DNA of 64,000 nucleotides, from assembly GCA_904386005.1 (NCBI GenBank), contig CAJFKR010000001.1, forward strand, positions 37,130 to 101,129, written 5' to 3'. The notes below the pieces were generated by a model. It was not told the DNA's origin. It saw only the letters and a list, made by a program, of their open reading frames with translations, and made no database searches. The position numbers and the translations under genes are program-made. Shown one piece after another: positions 9,008 to 18,367 of the stretch; the first letter of the stretch is position 1, and the number at the start of each line of letters is the position of its first letter. This stretch comes from Candidatus Flemingiibacterium merdigallinarum (GTDB lineage Bacteria > Bacillota > Clostridia > Oscillospirales > CAG-272).

Positions 9008-9200
9008 GAAAGTGGTTCTGGTTTAAGTGAGAGCTTATATAAGAGTGGTCTGCCGCGCAGCGGCAGAGAGTGAACATGACTTTGTCTTTGACAAAGTCAT
9101 GTGTGGTCATCCACTTCGCGGAGAGCTTTGGTCGGAATTCGCCGCAGGCGAATTCCGGTGCGGGCTGTTTGCGATGGCGTGGCGGGGGAGTGAGCGGAGA
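9008..9200 (+). repeat. Hairpin-array repeat (family H), single arm, variant with 13-bp-stem hairpin
   Basis: Contains AAGAGTGGTC-TGCCGC-GCA-GCGGCA-GAGAGTG, then ACATGACTTTGTC-TTT-GACAAAGTCATGT, then GGAATTCGCC-GCA-GGCGAATTCC. It is near-identical to 11085-11220. Confidence 0.8.
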
Positions 9201-9377
9201 ACGGTTTACGCGGGATAATTATTGCATATCGGTTCACGGGAGCAATTTGCTTGATATGATTCTCACATATCGATTCGCGAACGACGATTCGGCGGCGGAA
9301 TGTGTATGATCGAGGACGACGCATTGACCGCGCGGATACAATATATCGCTTGTTTTGCCAGTTATGTCGGGCTTTGT

Positions 9378-10085
9378 TCAGTCGCTTATTCTGTGTCCGA
9401 CGACGCAAAAGTTCTTCCCTGATTGAATGCCGCCGAGCTTTTTCGCGAGCGCAATCGACGCCTCGTTGTCCGAGCCGCATTCGTACAGCACCGTGTAGCC
9501 CTTGTCGATCAAAAAGCAGGCGAGCGCGGCGGTGCAGGACAGCCCATAGCCCTGATTGCGGTATTCCTCCGCGGTCTCGACTCCGATCTCGATTGTGCGG
9601 GTGTCCGGCTCCTCCTCGGCGAGCATGAACGAATAGTTCGTGGTCGCCGCCGAGACTATCTTGTCGTCGACTACGCAACCGAAGCAGATATGCCCGAAGT
9701 GGTTGAGCGCGGCGAAGTCGTAGCCGGTGAGGTTTTCGTAATCCTCACTTCCATCAAGCTCGCGCGTCGCGGGGAGTATCAGCTCGGAGTGCGGGTCGGT
9801 TATGTGGAAATTCAGAAAATGCGCGTCGCTGTCGTCTGCCGGAGCGAAGCCGATTTTGACAAAATACGGCTCGAATTGCTTCTTTGCCCACGCGACCGCT
9901 TCGGGTGAGAATAATTCGCCGCTCGCGCCGTAGCGGCGCAAAAACTCGTCGGCGATCGCTTTCTGCGAGGGAAAGACGGTGATTTTCGGCTCTCCGTCAG
10001 CCTCGCGCGACACCGAAAAGGGTATGGCTATATCAAATTCGCCGTCCAGCACGAGCTTTTCGGCGCCATCGTCAACAAAAATCAT
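9378..10085 (-). CDS. GNAT-family N-acetyltransferase (C-terminal GNAT domain)
   Basis: The acetyl-CoA binding motif is RNQGYGLSCTAALACFLIDKG, followed by SIALAKKLGG. The start is moved to the ATG at 10085 (MIFVDDG), preceded by AAAGGAG. The ORF-track start at 10172 would overlap the upstream gene. Confidence 0.7.
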   Translation of the reverse strand: MIFVDDGAEKLVLDGEFDIAIPFSVSREADGEPKITVFPSQKAIADEFLRRYGASGELFSPEAVAWAKKQFEPYFVKIGFAPADDSDAHFLNFHITDPHSELILPATRELDGSEDYENLTGYDFAALNHFGHICFGCVVDDKIVSAATTNYSFMLAEEEPDTRTIEIGVETAEEYRNQGYGLSCTAALACFLIDKGYTVLYECGSDNEASIALAKKLGGIQSGKNFCVVGHRISD

Positions 10086-10168
10086 TGTATACGCTCCTTT
10101 CGAGCTGTCCGGATAGGAAAACGGTATATGCGTTTTAGACCGCACGCACAAGCAGACACGCGGTGATA

Positions 10169-10993
10169 TCACACCGCGCCGTCGCCTGACGTCAGGTCGT
10201 CCGCGGCGTCGGATTCGGTCTCGCTGCCCATGGGCTCACTGCCCATGATAAAATAAAATTCAGGCTGATTGATTCCGTCAAAGGCTGGCATTCCCAGATT
10301 GCCCGAAACCTGAGACAAATATTCGGTGCAGAAGCTGAGTCCTGAGAGGGAGCCGAAGCGGAGTCGGTCGGCGGAGATGTCAAACAGCGGATCGCAGTTC
10401 TCACTGCCGGGGTAGATACAGCTGACGTCGAGTATACCCGTGCGCTTAAGCGAGCGGTCATAGCTGCCCTCAATCAGCGCGAACTCGCCGCCCCCGCCGC
10501 TTCCGGTCGCGAACGACAGCTTGCGCACCGGCGGAAGCAGTTTATTGTATTCGTATATCTCGCACACGAAGTCGAGGCGGTTTTCGTCGAGTCCCGCGCC
10601 GTCGAGCAGCGACTCGTCGCCCGACGCGAGGTAGGAGTTGAGCAGCTCGGCGTCGCCGGTCTCGAAGCGGATTATATTGATTTCGTCGTTCTGCTTGATA
10701 AATTTAAGGAAATCGAGCGCGGCTTCGTAGCTTGCCGCGTCGCCGCCGATGAACATACGATAGCCCTTTGTAGTATCGATATAATCGCGCACGTCGTAAT
10801 ACTCAAGGTAGCCGGCGTCGTCGGTATCGACCGGCTCGGTCGACAGTCTGACTCCGAGCTTAAAAAATGAAACGGCTCCGATGTCCGAAAATACAATCGA
10901 TAACACAGCAACGCAGAACGCCGATATGACGAGCAGTATCAGCGTTCTGCGAAGTATCGATGCTATTGTGTGAATCTGTCCCATCAAAATCAC
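10169..10993 (-). CDS. Hypothetical membrane-anchored protein
   Basis: 274-aa ORF with one N-terminal hydrophobic helix (LILLVISAFCVAVLSIVF) and an acidic C-terminal tail. No recognised motifs. Codon composition is like the neighbouring genes. Confidence 0.45.
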   Translation of the reverse strand: MILMGQIHTIASILRRTLILLVISAFCVAVLSIVFSDIGAVSFFKLGVRLSTEPVDTDDAGYLEYYDVRDYIDTTKGYRMFIGGDAASYEAALDFLKFIKQNDEINIIRFETGDAELLNSYLASGDESLLDGAGLDENRLDFVCEIYEYNKLLPPVRKLSFATGSGGGGEFALIEGSYDRSLKRTGILDVSCIYPGSENCDPLFDISADRLRFGSLSGLSFCTEYLSQVSGNLGMPAFDGINQPEFYFIMGSEPMGSETESDAADDLTSGDGAV

Positions 10994-11054
10994 TCCCCGC
11001 TGAAACTACAATTATATTTTATCGCATTTGAACCGATTTGTCAATAGTTTGTAA

Positions 11055-11410
11055 AAAGAGTGGTCGGTTTCGCGAAGCGGCAGAGAGTGGGGAGCGGACA
11101 TGACTTTGTCTTTGACAAAGTCATGTGTGGTCATCCGCTTCTCGGAGAACTGGCACAGGAATTCGCCGGAGGCGAATTCCTGTGTGGGCTGTTTGCGATA
11201 ACAGGGAGGGGGAGACGGCACGAACAGTTATTACATTGAAGAAACCGCCAATTTAATATCTGTGCGGTGACGTTGAGTTGATTTGAAATTCGCCGCAGGC
11301 GAATTTCTTCCTCATCTGTCCGCCGAAGGCGGACACCACTCTCCACTCTCTCGACTTCGCGCGGCGAAGTCGAGACCACTCTCTGCCGCGAAGCGGCAGA
11401 CCACCCTTTT
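11055..11410. repeat. Hairpin-array repeat (family H), two convergent arms
   Basis: The left arm is the same variant as 9008-9200. The right arm in reverse complement reads GGTGGTC-TGCCGC-TTC-GCGGCA-GAGAGTGGTCTCGACTTCGCC..., ending in GAAATTCGCC-TGC-GGCGAATTTC. Confidence 0.85.
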
Positions 11411-11444
11411 GTTAGAACCACTATTTTGTTTTACGCGGTTGATT

Positions 11445-12257
11445 TTAGATGAAGTCGTAAAAGTGTGTGATTTCGATGTCCTCGGGGATGTCCTGACCGT
11501 GCGAGCCGCGGCCGTTTTCCGCGGTGTGGACGCCGTGGTCGGTCGCGAAGCCGACAAGCGTAGCGCGCCCCGACGTAGCCGCCGCTGCCTTTGCCGCCGA
11601 ATGTATGCGCGCGAATGCCTTCGTGTGGTGGCGCAGCCATTCCATGGCCTCCTCGGACTCGGGATAGGTCGCGTGCATGACCGAGTCGTACATTCCGTTG
11701 TATATGACGAGGAAGTCGTATTTATCCTCGGCTATCAGCTCGAGTCCCTTTCTGACCGCCTGCTCGTCGGCGTCGGCAGAAGCTTCGAAGATGTAGTAGT
11801 CCATGTCGCGCTCGAGAAAGATTTTCGAAATCGAGCAGCCCTCGGTCGCGACTATGGCGACACGCTTGCCCTGACGTATCAGCGCGTCGAATATCGTGTC
11901 GATTTTAAGCACCGGCTTCTCGTATTTCTGTATGCCGTGACGCTCGGGCGCGGCTCCGGTATACATCGTCGCGAAGCAGACCGGCGTCACCGACGGCATA
12001 ACCGTCGCGAGCGGGTACTCGAGCGCGCAGCGCTCGGATACGTCCTCGAAATACTCGGGGTATTTTTTATACAGCCACTCGGCCATGGCGTCGGGATTGT
12101 ACATGATTACCCGCTCGGCGGTCTCTTCGCCGCAGAGCTTTTTTAAGTGCCCCGCGCTTTTCTCGGCGCTCTCGGGAGCCTTTATGCCCATGCAGTCGCA
12201 GATATCGGCGCAGAGCGCTGTAAGCGAGGTTCTGGCTTGTTCCATAATTATCACCAT
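11445..12257 (-). CDS. Alkaline-phosphatase-superfamily enzyme (nucleotide pyrophosphatase/phosphodiesterase-like)
   Basis: 270-aa ORF. MPSVTPVCFATMYTGAAPERHGI (nucleophile Thr region) and GFATDHGVH are typical of type I phosphodiesterase/AP-superfamily proteins. The exact start is uncertain (12257 or 12242). Confidence 0.65.
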   Translation of the reverse strand: MVIIMEQARTSLTALCADICDCMGIKAPESAEKSAGHLKKLCGEETAERVIMYNPDAMAEWLYKKYPEYFEDVSERCALEYPLATVMPSVTPVCFATMYTGAAPERHGIQKYEKPVLKIDTIFDALIRQGKRVAIVATEGCSISKIFLERDMDYYIFEASADADEQAVRKGLELIAEDKYDFLVIYNGMYDSVMHATYPESEEAMEWLRHHTKAFARIHSAAKAAAATSGRATLVGFATDHGVHTAENGRGSHGQDIPEDIEITHFYDFI

Positions 12258-12352
12258 GACTTCGCGTTAACGAAGTCTACTTTGCTAAAGCAAAGTATCC
12301 TTTCTTATGTCGATGTTTTGTGACGGCTTGATATTTTGCTTTTCGCGTCTAT

Positions 12353-13270
12353 TCAGATTTCCGCCGTCTCCGAGTACTCGATGTACGGGCGCTCGCCGTC
12401 GAACTTGATTTCGAGGACTACGTATGTGGACTCGTTGTAGCCGATGCTGCCGCCCCAGCGGTCGGCGAAGTATATAAACTTGCCGTCGCGCGGCAGGACA
12501 AACGCCGGCTGCGAGCCGAAGGTCGTCTCGTCTCCGAAATTTTCGAGCAGCGACCAGCTGCCGTCTATCGAGTCGGCGACCGACCACTTGCCTTGATTCG
12601 GCGCCCAGCCGGTGCAATACGAGGACAGCATATAGTATTTTCCGTCCTTTTTGAATATCGCCGGCGCTTCGCGGTACTCGCCCTGCCAGAGGATATTTAC
12701 GAGCCGCTCGGTGTTCATGAAGTCGCGCGTCAGCCGCCAGATGTGCAAATCGGCGTTGTCGCGCGACGCGGCGGCGAAATACGCGGTCCCGTCGTCGTCG
12801 CGGAACAATGTGCAGTCGCGCGCCATGTCGCCGAACGGATTGAAGCTGCCGTGATAGGTGAAGCCGTGGTCGGGGTAGTCGCTCGTCGCTACAGCGCAGC
12901 GCGCCGCGCTGTAATCGACTCCGTTCTCATAGTGCGCCCAGAGCACGTACTTTTTCGTGTGCTCGCAAAAGAGCACCTTCGGGCGCTCGAGGTTGACCTT
13001 GCGCGGCTTGCCGTCGGCGTCGGTGTGAGAAAGCGCAAGGTCGCTGCGTACCCGATAGCCCGCAGTCGGTGTGTCGGTTGTGATTATGTTGCCGCGGAAC
13101 TCGAAGCTTTTTAAGTCTTTTGAGCGGTAGCAGGAAATATAGTTGTTTTCGGTGCGGTTTTCGCCGTACCAGTAGTAATAGCCGTCGCAAAACAGCATAT
13201 GTCCGCCGTGCGCGTGTATTATATTGCCGTCGGCGTCGTACCATTTCTCGCCGTTTTTCAGTGTGTTCAT
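12353..13270 (-). CDS. Glycoside hydrolase family 43-like
   Basis: 305-aa ORF. The N-terminus WYDADGNIIHAHGGHMLFCDGYYYWYGE and repeated beta-propeller blade motifs are typical of GH43. No signal peptide. Confidence 0.8.
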   Translation of the reverse strand: MNTLKNGEKWYDADGNIIHAHGGHMLFCDGYYYWYGENRTENNYISCYRSKDLKSFEFRGNIITTDTPTAGYRVRSDLALSHTDADGKPRKVNLERPKVLFCEHTKKYVLWAHYENGVDYSAARCAVATSDYPDHGFTYHGSFNPFGDMARDCTLFRDDDGTAYFAAASRDNADLHIWRLTRDFMNTERLVNILWQGEYREAPAIFKKDGKYYMLSSYCTGWAPNQGKWSVADSIDGSWSLLENFGDETTFGSQPAFVLPRDGKFIYFADRWGGSIGYNESTYVVLEIKFDGERPYIEYSETAEI

Positions 13271-13538
13271 TGCCGGCCTCCGATCTTTTTTAGGAATGTC
13301 TATATATTATATCACAAGCTCTGCGATTTGGCAACAGAATTTGTGAAATTGATACATAAAATTTTTGACCGGTTATATGCCGCAGCGGTAACTTGCCGCA
13401 GCGTCAACCTGACGCAGACGCAAATCCCCCCGGACAATCAGTCCAGGGGGATTGAGCAGCATATTCGACCGGATCGCGCGAAACGTCTACATATACAGTA
13501 TGTATTGATATACGGACGCAGACAGTCGTATTGATTGA

Positions 13539-14381
13539 TTACGCGCGACGACGCAGGAATGCCGCGCCAGCGGCTGCTACGAGCGCAGCCATAGCTCCGA
13601 TTATCGACAGGTCGGAAGTCTGTGCCGACGATGCCGAAGCTTCAGCCTCTGCCTCAGCTGCCGCTGCGGCTTCAGCCTCCGCGATGAGGTCATCGACAGT
13701 CACGTCGCTGAGCAGGCACTGTCCGTATACCGAGGGGTCGCTCGAAGCCTTGTCCTGCGAGTCCGACCAGCCGAGGCAGACATTGCGCACGCCGCTGCCC
13801 TCGGCGTCGTCGTTGTACTGGAAGTCGATTCCGAAGTATTCGCCGGCTCCGCCTACCGCGCTGATGTCGCAGGAGATTTCATAAAGGAAGCCGCCGTCGG
13901 TCTCCTTGAACGCCGCTTGACTGTCGGCCGGAAGCTCGGAGCTGCCGTCCGCGAGGTAGCGAACCTGAGTCTTAGCCGCGGTCGAATCGGTCGAGTTTTC
14001 GGTCTGCAGGAAGTACTCTATCGAGTCCTGCTCCCACGGGTTTGCGCCGACAAGGCTGATTGTCTTGTCCTGCACCTCAAACAGCATAAAGAGCGTGGAG
14101 TCTCCGTCCCAGAGTACGCGGCAGTTGAGCGTAGCGTAGTCGACGCCCGCCTTTTTCGAGCTGTCGCCGAACCACGCGGACGCGTTCTCCTTGACTGTGT
14201 CGACCGAAATTATCGGGGCGTACTCCCACGCCTCGTCGATAGTTCCATCGACCTTGATGTCTGCGATGTAAGCCTCGCAGGTCTTTCTGCCGTCGACCGC
14301 GGGTGCCGCGGTGACTGCCGGTGCGGCGACCGTGAGTGTGAGTGCCGCTGCCGCGGCGATAGCGAAGATTTTGGATTTCAT
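13539..14381 (-). CDS. Secreted carbohydrate-binding (CBM9-like) protein with C-terminal hydrophobic anchor
   Basis: It has a signal peptide MKSKIFAIAAAAALTLTVAAPAVTA. The DGxIDEAW...W and FQYNDD motifs resemble CBM9/DOMON-type modules. It has an Ala/Glu linker, then SAQTSDLSIIGAMAALVAAAGAAFLRRRA. Confidence 0.55.
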   Translation of the reverse strand: MKSKIFAIAAAAALTLTVAAPAVTAAPAVDGRKTCEAYIADIKVDGTIDEAWEYAPIISVDTVKENASAWFGDSSKKAGVDYATLNCRVLWDGDSTLFMLFEVQDKTISLVGANPWEQDSIEYFLQTENSTDSTAAKTQVRYLADGSSELPADSQAAFKETDGGFLYEISCDISAVGGAGEYFGIDFQYNDDAEGSGVRNVCLGWSDSQDKASSDPSVYGQCLLSDVTVDDLIAEAEAAAAAEAEAEASASSAQTSDLSIIGAMAALVAAAGAAFLRRRA

Positions 14382-14588
14382 GATAATTGTCCTTTCACTT
14401 TAAGATTTGATCGCGCATCCGTCCGCGAAAGCCGCGGCGCGGATACACATATTGATCACACGTAATTATACCATGCCGTGGAGTAATTGTCAATCAAAAA
14501 TGAAAAATTTGTTTTCGGTTTGGCACTAAAACGATACAGCAGTGGCGTGAAATTGTGCAGTAGTCACAACTGTAATCGGCACCTGCAA

Positions 14589-15512
14589 TCAGATGCAGCC
14601 GAGCATCTCGAGCTGCCGCTCGTCAAGACTGCCGTCGCGATAGATTATTATGTCGATAGTGACGACTCCGCCGACCGCGTTGACCTTTTGCACATAGTCG
14701 TGCATATACGCTCCGTCGCGCTTCGCGCCCGGCTTGCACCACGACCCCCACTCGCTGCCGTCGAGCGACCGTCCGAGCGGCGCGAGTATGTGCGCCTGCG
14801 CGCCGTCGACATAGCGCGAAGCGGGGACGAAAACAAAGTCGTTGAACTCACCGCAGGTGAAGTCGGACAGCGCGTAGTCCTTGGTCAGAGTCGGCTTGAC
14901 GCCGTCGTTGTAGGCGATGATAGCGTCGGGATTGCCGTTTCTGACCGCGGTTTGATATAGCTTCAAAAGCTCCTCGTCGTACTTGAAGTAGCGGTAGCAG
15001 CCGTCGATCCACCAGCCCTTGACCTTGTCGCCCCAGCGGCGCGAGTAGTCCTCGAGCACCGCCGCCCACTTCTCGACAAAGCCCCGATTCAGATTCTTAG
15101 TGCGCGGTTCGATATAGCCGAACTTTTCGCCTACCTCCACGTCCTTATACGGCCCGTCGCCGGTATAGTAGAGGTAGAGGTCGATGTCGTATTTGTGCAA
15201 CGCGTCGTACAGTTCGGACACGATATCCCGCTCGGCGCAGCATTCGCCCGGGCGCGTGCCGGCAATCGAGTCGAACGTGTCGTTCGGCGCGAGCATATAC
15301 TTGTGTCCCTGCATGAGCGTGATGAAGTAGTATCCGGCGCCGACCTCGTGCAGCGTCCGAGCGAGCCGCTCGACGTCGATCTGGTCGACGAGCTTCGACC
15401 AATCGACCTGTCCCGCGCCCATATTCGCCGGAGTCCCCGCGCGGTTCTGCTCATGCCAAAGGTAATGCGTAAACACGCCCCATTTTTTGTCGTGCAGTCT
15501 ATCGGTATTCAT
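14589..15512 (-). CDS. GH29-like (alpha-L-fucosidase fold) glycoside hydrolase
   Basis: KKWGVFTHY, AGYYFITLMQGHKYMLAP and RDIVSELYDALHKYDIDLYLYY follow the pattern of the GH29 catalytic domain. The start is moved to the ATG at 15512 (MNTDRLH), preceded by AAGGAGG. Confidence 0.5.
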   Translation of the reverse strand: MNTDRLHDKKWGVFTHYLWHEQNRAGTPANMGAGQVDWSKLVDQIDVERLARTLHEVGAGYYFITLMQGHKYMLAPNDTFDSIAGTRPGECCAERDIVSELYDALHKYDIDLYLYYTGDGPYKDVEVGEKFGYIEPRTKNLNRGFVEKWAAVLEDYSRRWGDKVKGWWIDGCYRYFKYDEELLKLYQTAVRNGNPDAIIAYNDGVKPTLTKDYALSDFTCGEFNDFVFVPASRYVDGAQAHILAPLGRSLDGSEWGSWCKPGAKRDGAYMHDYVQKVNAVGGVVTIDIIIYRDGSLDERQLEMLGCI

Positions 15513-15578
15513 AAAAGCCTCCTTGCGGTTTGCGTGATTCTTGATTTGCGGGTGTGGATGGAGCTTCAAAATAGTTGG

Positions 15579-15815
15579 GAATTAGGAGTTAGGAGTTAGG
15601 AGTTAGGAGTGGAGGAAGAAATTTGCCGGAGGCAAATTTCAATTAATTAAAATATATGGTTGAGCTGACTCTGTAATAATTTTAGTATAATAATATGCAA
15701 AAATCATGAAATTTTTGATAATAAGTTGTAAATAAGCGGCACGCCGCTCCACGTATTAAAATAGGAATTCGCCTTTGGCGAATTCCTACCGCAGCTCTCT
15801 GCGAAGCTGTGAGCG
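15579..15815. repeat. Hairpin-array repeat (family H), two arms
   Basis: The left arm has (TTAGGAGT)x4 then GAAATTTGCC-GGAG-GGCAAATTTC. The right arm in reverse complement reads CACAGCTTCGC-AGA-GAGCTGCGGTAG-GAATTCGCC-AAAG-GGCGAATTC. Confidence 0.8.
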
Positions 15816-15823
15816 CTCGTATA

Positions 15824-15854
15824 AAGAAAAGCGCCGACAGCTTGTGCTGTCGGC
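15824..15854 (-). terminator. Rho-independent terminator of rpmF
   Basis: On the minus strand, GCCGACAGC-ACAA-GCTGTCGGC is followed by GCTTTTCTTT, 12 nt after the rpmF stop. Confidence 0.6.
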
Positions 15855-15865
15855 TTGGCATATTG

Positions 15866-16045
15866 TCAGTCGACGTTGATGACCTGCTTTCCATCGTAGG
15901 AACCGCAGGCTCTGCATACTCTGTGAGCGAGGTTGTACTCACCGCACTTCGGGCACTTTACCATGCCCGGCATATCGAGCTTCCAGACGTTGGAACGTCT
16001 CTTGTCACGTCTTGCCTTTGAGACTTTTTTCTTCGGTACTGCCAT
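15866..16045 (-). CDS. rpmF: 50S ribosomal protein L32
   Basis: It translates to [59 protein letters not shown] (59 aa, below the ORF-track cutoff). This has the classic L32 N-terminus and CxxC...CxxC ribbon. GGAGGTG RBS. It lies downstream of yceD. Confidence 0.9.
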   Translation of the reverse strand: MAVPKKKVSKARRDKRRSNVWKLDMPGMVKCPKCGEYNLAHRVCRACGSYDGKQVINVD

Positions 16046-16116
16046 TTTGTGACACCTCCTTAACCGTATAACACATTATATTATACATCATAATTTGCCA
16101 TTTTTAGGCTCTGCGC

Positions 16117-16653
16117 TCACACATCGCTGCTATCAAGCAGCTCGGCGAGCTTGGCGAGCCGCGGGTCTATTTCCTTTTTCGGACAGCCGCATTCGCCCTC
16201 GTTCAGATTCTTGCCGCACTTCGGACAGAGTCCGCGGCAGTCCTCACGACAGAGTTCCTTGGTCGGGAAATTCGTGAGCAGCTCCTCGACGGCAGCCGGA
16301 GTCGCGTCGAGCATACCCTCCTCAATGAACAGGTATTCCTCGTCGGCGTCCTCGTCGCTCGTGTTAACAAGCGAGCTTGCCGCCACCGCGGTGCGCTCGA
16401 ATTCCTGCGTGAATACGCGGTGCAGCGGGGCGAGACATCTCGAACACTCGGTGTCGTATTCGACGCTCACGCGCGCGCGAAGCCGCATATATCCGCCCAT
16501 ATTCACAATTTCGCCGCTGACACGCATGGGCTCGGTGAACTCGACAAAGTCGATATCCGTGTCATACGGGAGCTCTCCGTCAAGCGCGACCGTGTAGTCA
16601 AACTCGACCCGGTCGACCTCTCCGGCGAGCATTCGGCGAAGATCTATCTTCAT
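16117..16653 (-). CDS. yceD: YceD/DUF177 family ribosome-maturation protein
   Basis: It has a C-terminal CREDCRGLCPKCGKNLNEGECGC motif and sits immediately upstream of rpmF. The start is placed at the third ATG (MKIDLRR), 10 nt after GAAAGG. Confidence 0.8.
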   Translation of the reverse strand: MKIDLRRMLAGEVDRVEFDYTVALDGELPYDTDIDFVEFTEPMRVSGEIVNMGGYMRLRARVSVEYDTECSRCLAPLHRVFTQEFERTAVAASSLVNTSDEDADEEYLFIEEGMLDATPAAVEELLTNFPTKELCREDCRGLCPKCGKNLNEGECGCPKKEIDPRLAKLAELLDSSDV

Positions 16654-16810
16654 CCTGCTCATACCTTTCAATTCGACCCGGGCGATTTCACGTCTTTTGG
16701 GTCGGACATGGGATATAACTAATTAATTATATATTATTCCGCGCGATTTGTCAAGAGATATCTCCGAAATCGAGAAAAATATTTACATCATGCGCGGCGA
16801 TATGGCTGTG

Positions 16811-17407
16811 TCACATCGAGCGTCGTCCCTCGAGCGCGCGCATCAGGGTCACTTCGTCGGCGTACTCGAGATCGCTGCCGACTGGTATTCCATACGCGAG
16901 ACGAGACACGCCGACTCCGAGCGCCTTTATCTTCTTGGTCAGATACATCGCCGTGGCTTCGCCCTCGACTGTCGGATTGGTCGCGATTATAACCTCGCGG
17001 ACGCTGCCGTCAAGTCTTGACAAAAGCGACGCGATATTGAGCTTGTCCGGTCCTATTCCCGACATCGGCGAAATCACGCCGCCCAGCACGTGATACACGC
17101 CGTTGTATTCGCGCACGCGCTCGAGCGACAGCACCGCGCGCGCGTCCTCGACGACGCAGATCGTCGAGCGGTCGCGCCGCTCGTCGGCACAGACCTGACA
17201 GATATCGCCGTCGGCGATATTGTGGCAGATTTTGCAGGAGTGTATCTGCTCCTTCGCGCCGATTATCGCGTCGGCGAACGCCTTTGCCTCGTCGGCTGTG
17301 TAGTCGAGCAGCGAAAAGGCAAGCCTGACCGCCGTCTTCTGCCCGATGCCGGGCAGACGGCGAAACTGCTCGATGAGTCGCTCAAGCGGAAGTATATATT
17401 CCGCCAT
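16811..17407 (-). CDS. recR: Recombination protein RecR
   Basis: 198 aa. It has the HhH motif LPGIGQKTAVRLAF, the zinc finger CKICHNI...CQVC and the Toprim motif ICVVED. It follows ybaB. Confidence 0.95.
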   Translation of the reverse strand: MAEYILPLERLIEQFRRLPGIGQKTAVRLAFSLLDYTADEAKAFADAIIGAKEQIHSCKICHNIADGDICQVCADERRDRSTICVVEDARAVLSLERVREYNGVYHVLGGVISPMSGIGPDKLNIASLLSRLDGSVREVIIATNPTVEGEATAMYLTKKIKALGVGVSRLAYGIPVGSDLEYADEVTLMRALEGRRSM

Positions 17408-17411
17408 TTAC

Positions 17412-17759
17412 TTAAAACAGACCCGGTACGTTGATGTCGCCGGTGATCTTCTGCATTTCGGCGGCGTTCGTGTCCTCGACCTTGCGGATAGCTTCGTTGA
17501 CCGCCGCGACCAATATGTCGGAGAGCGTCTCGATATCGTCGGGGTCGACGACCTCGGGCTTGAGGTCGATCGAGAGGATCTCCTTCTTGCCGTTGATCTT
17601 CACGCCGACCGCGCCGCCGCCCGCGCTTATCTCATATTCGCGCGCGTCGAGCTGCTCCTGCAGGGCTTCCATATCAGCCTGCATCTTCTGCGCTTGCTTG
17701 ATCATTGCGTTCATGTTCTGGGGACCGCCGCCCATTCCCTTGGGTAAACGTGCTTTCAT
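17412..17759 (-). CDS. ybaB: Nucleoid-associated protein YbaB/EbfC
   Basis: 115 aa. NMNAMIKQAQKMQADMEALQEQL and VNEAIRKV are typical. It lies between dnaX and recR. Confidence 0.9.
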   Translation of the reverse strand: MKARLPKGMGGGPQNMNAMIKQAQKMQADMEALQEQLDAREYEISAGGGAVGVKINGKKEILSIDLKPEVVDPDDIETLSDILVAAVNEAIRKVEDTNAAEMQKITGDINVPGLF

Positions 17760-17820
17760 GACTGCTATTTCCTTTCAGAAGCAAAATTATTCGATATAAA
17801 GTATTGTAAATACATTATAA

Positions 17821-18162
17821 TAACGTGAGTTCTTTGGTTTGGTACTGCGAGATTGTTTGCTTTCACTGGGGGAGGCGCCTTTTGAAAAAGGCACCTCCCC
17901 CAGACCCCCACCGCGAAAACTTTTTATAGGCTTGGGCAAAACATAATTGTTTATAACTGCGCAATTATTTTATTTCTGCTTGTCGTCAGAAACCACAGTG
18001 ATGCGCCGCTTAACGCATCCGCACCTCCGGCGAGGTGCGGATGCTTGGGGCCCCGCTCCCCATACGGCGGCTCGGTTTCTACGTGGTTGTTTGGAACTTA
18101 TAGCGTTTGTTTATCTAAAAATGTTTGATTATATTGCTATAATTTCAATCGAACTCACATTA
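17821..18162 (+). repeat. Large structured repeat (family L), copy 3, with inverted termini
   Basis: The termini are TAACGTGAGTTC ... GAACTCACATTA. The internal blocks are collinear with the copies at 29.4 and 30.9 kb. The variable slot holds the hairpin GCATCCGCACCTC-CGGC-GAGGTGCGGATGC. The 3' end is duplicated (GAACTCACATTATA x2, 18151-18178). Confidence 0.8.
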
Positions 18163-18367
18163 TAGAACTCACATTATAATAGATACGCGGTATTAAAACG
18201 TTATTTTTTTGTAAGAAACCGCTTCGACTGTGCCAAATATGACTGTGCCGAACACGACTTCGTCGTATATTAAAATACCGCGCTCCGGTTGGGATGCCTT
18301 CCGTTTTTAGTATTGCTTTTATGCGACCTTAATATTCGGCAGGATTTCCGCCGTAACGGCTTCTCGG

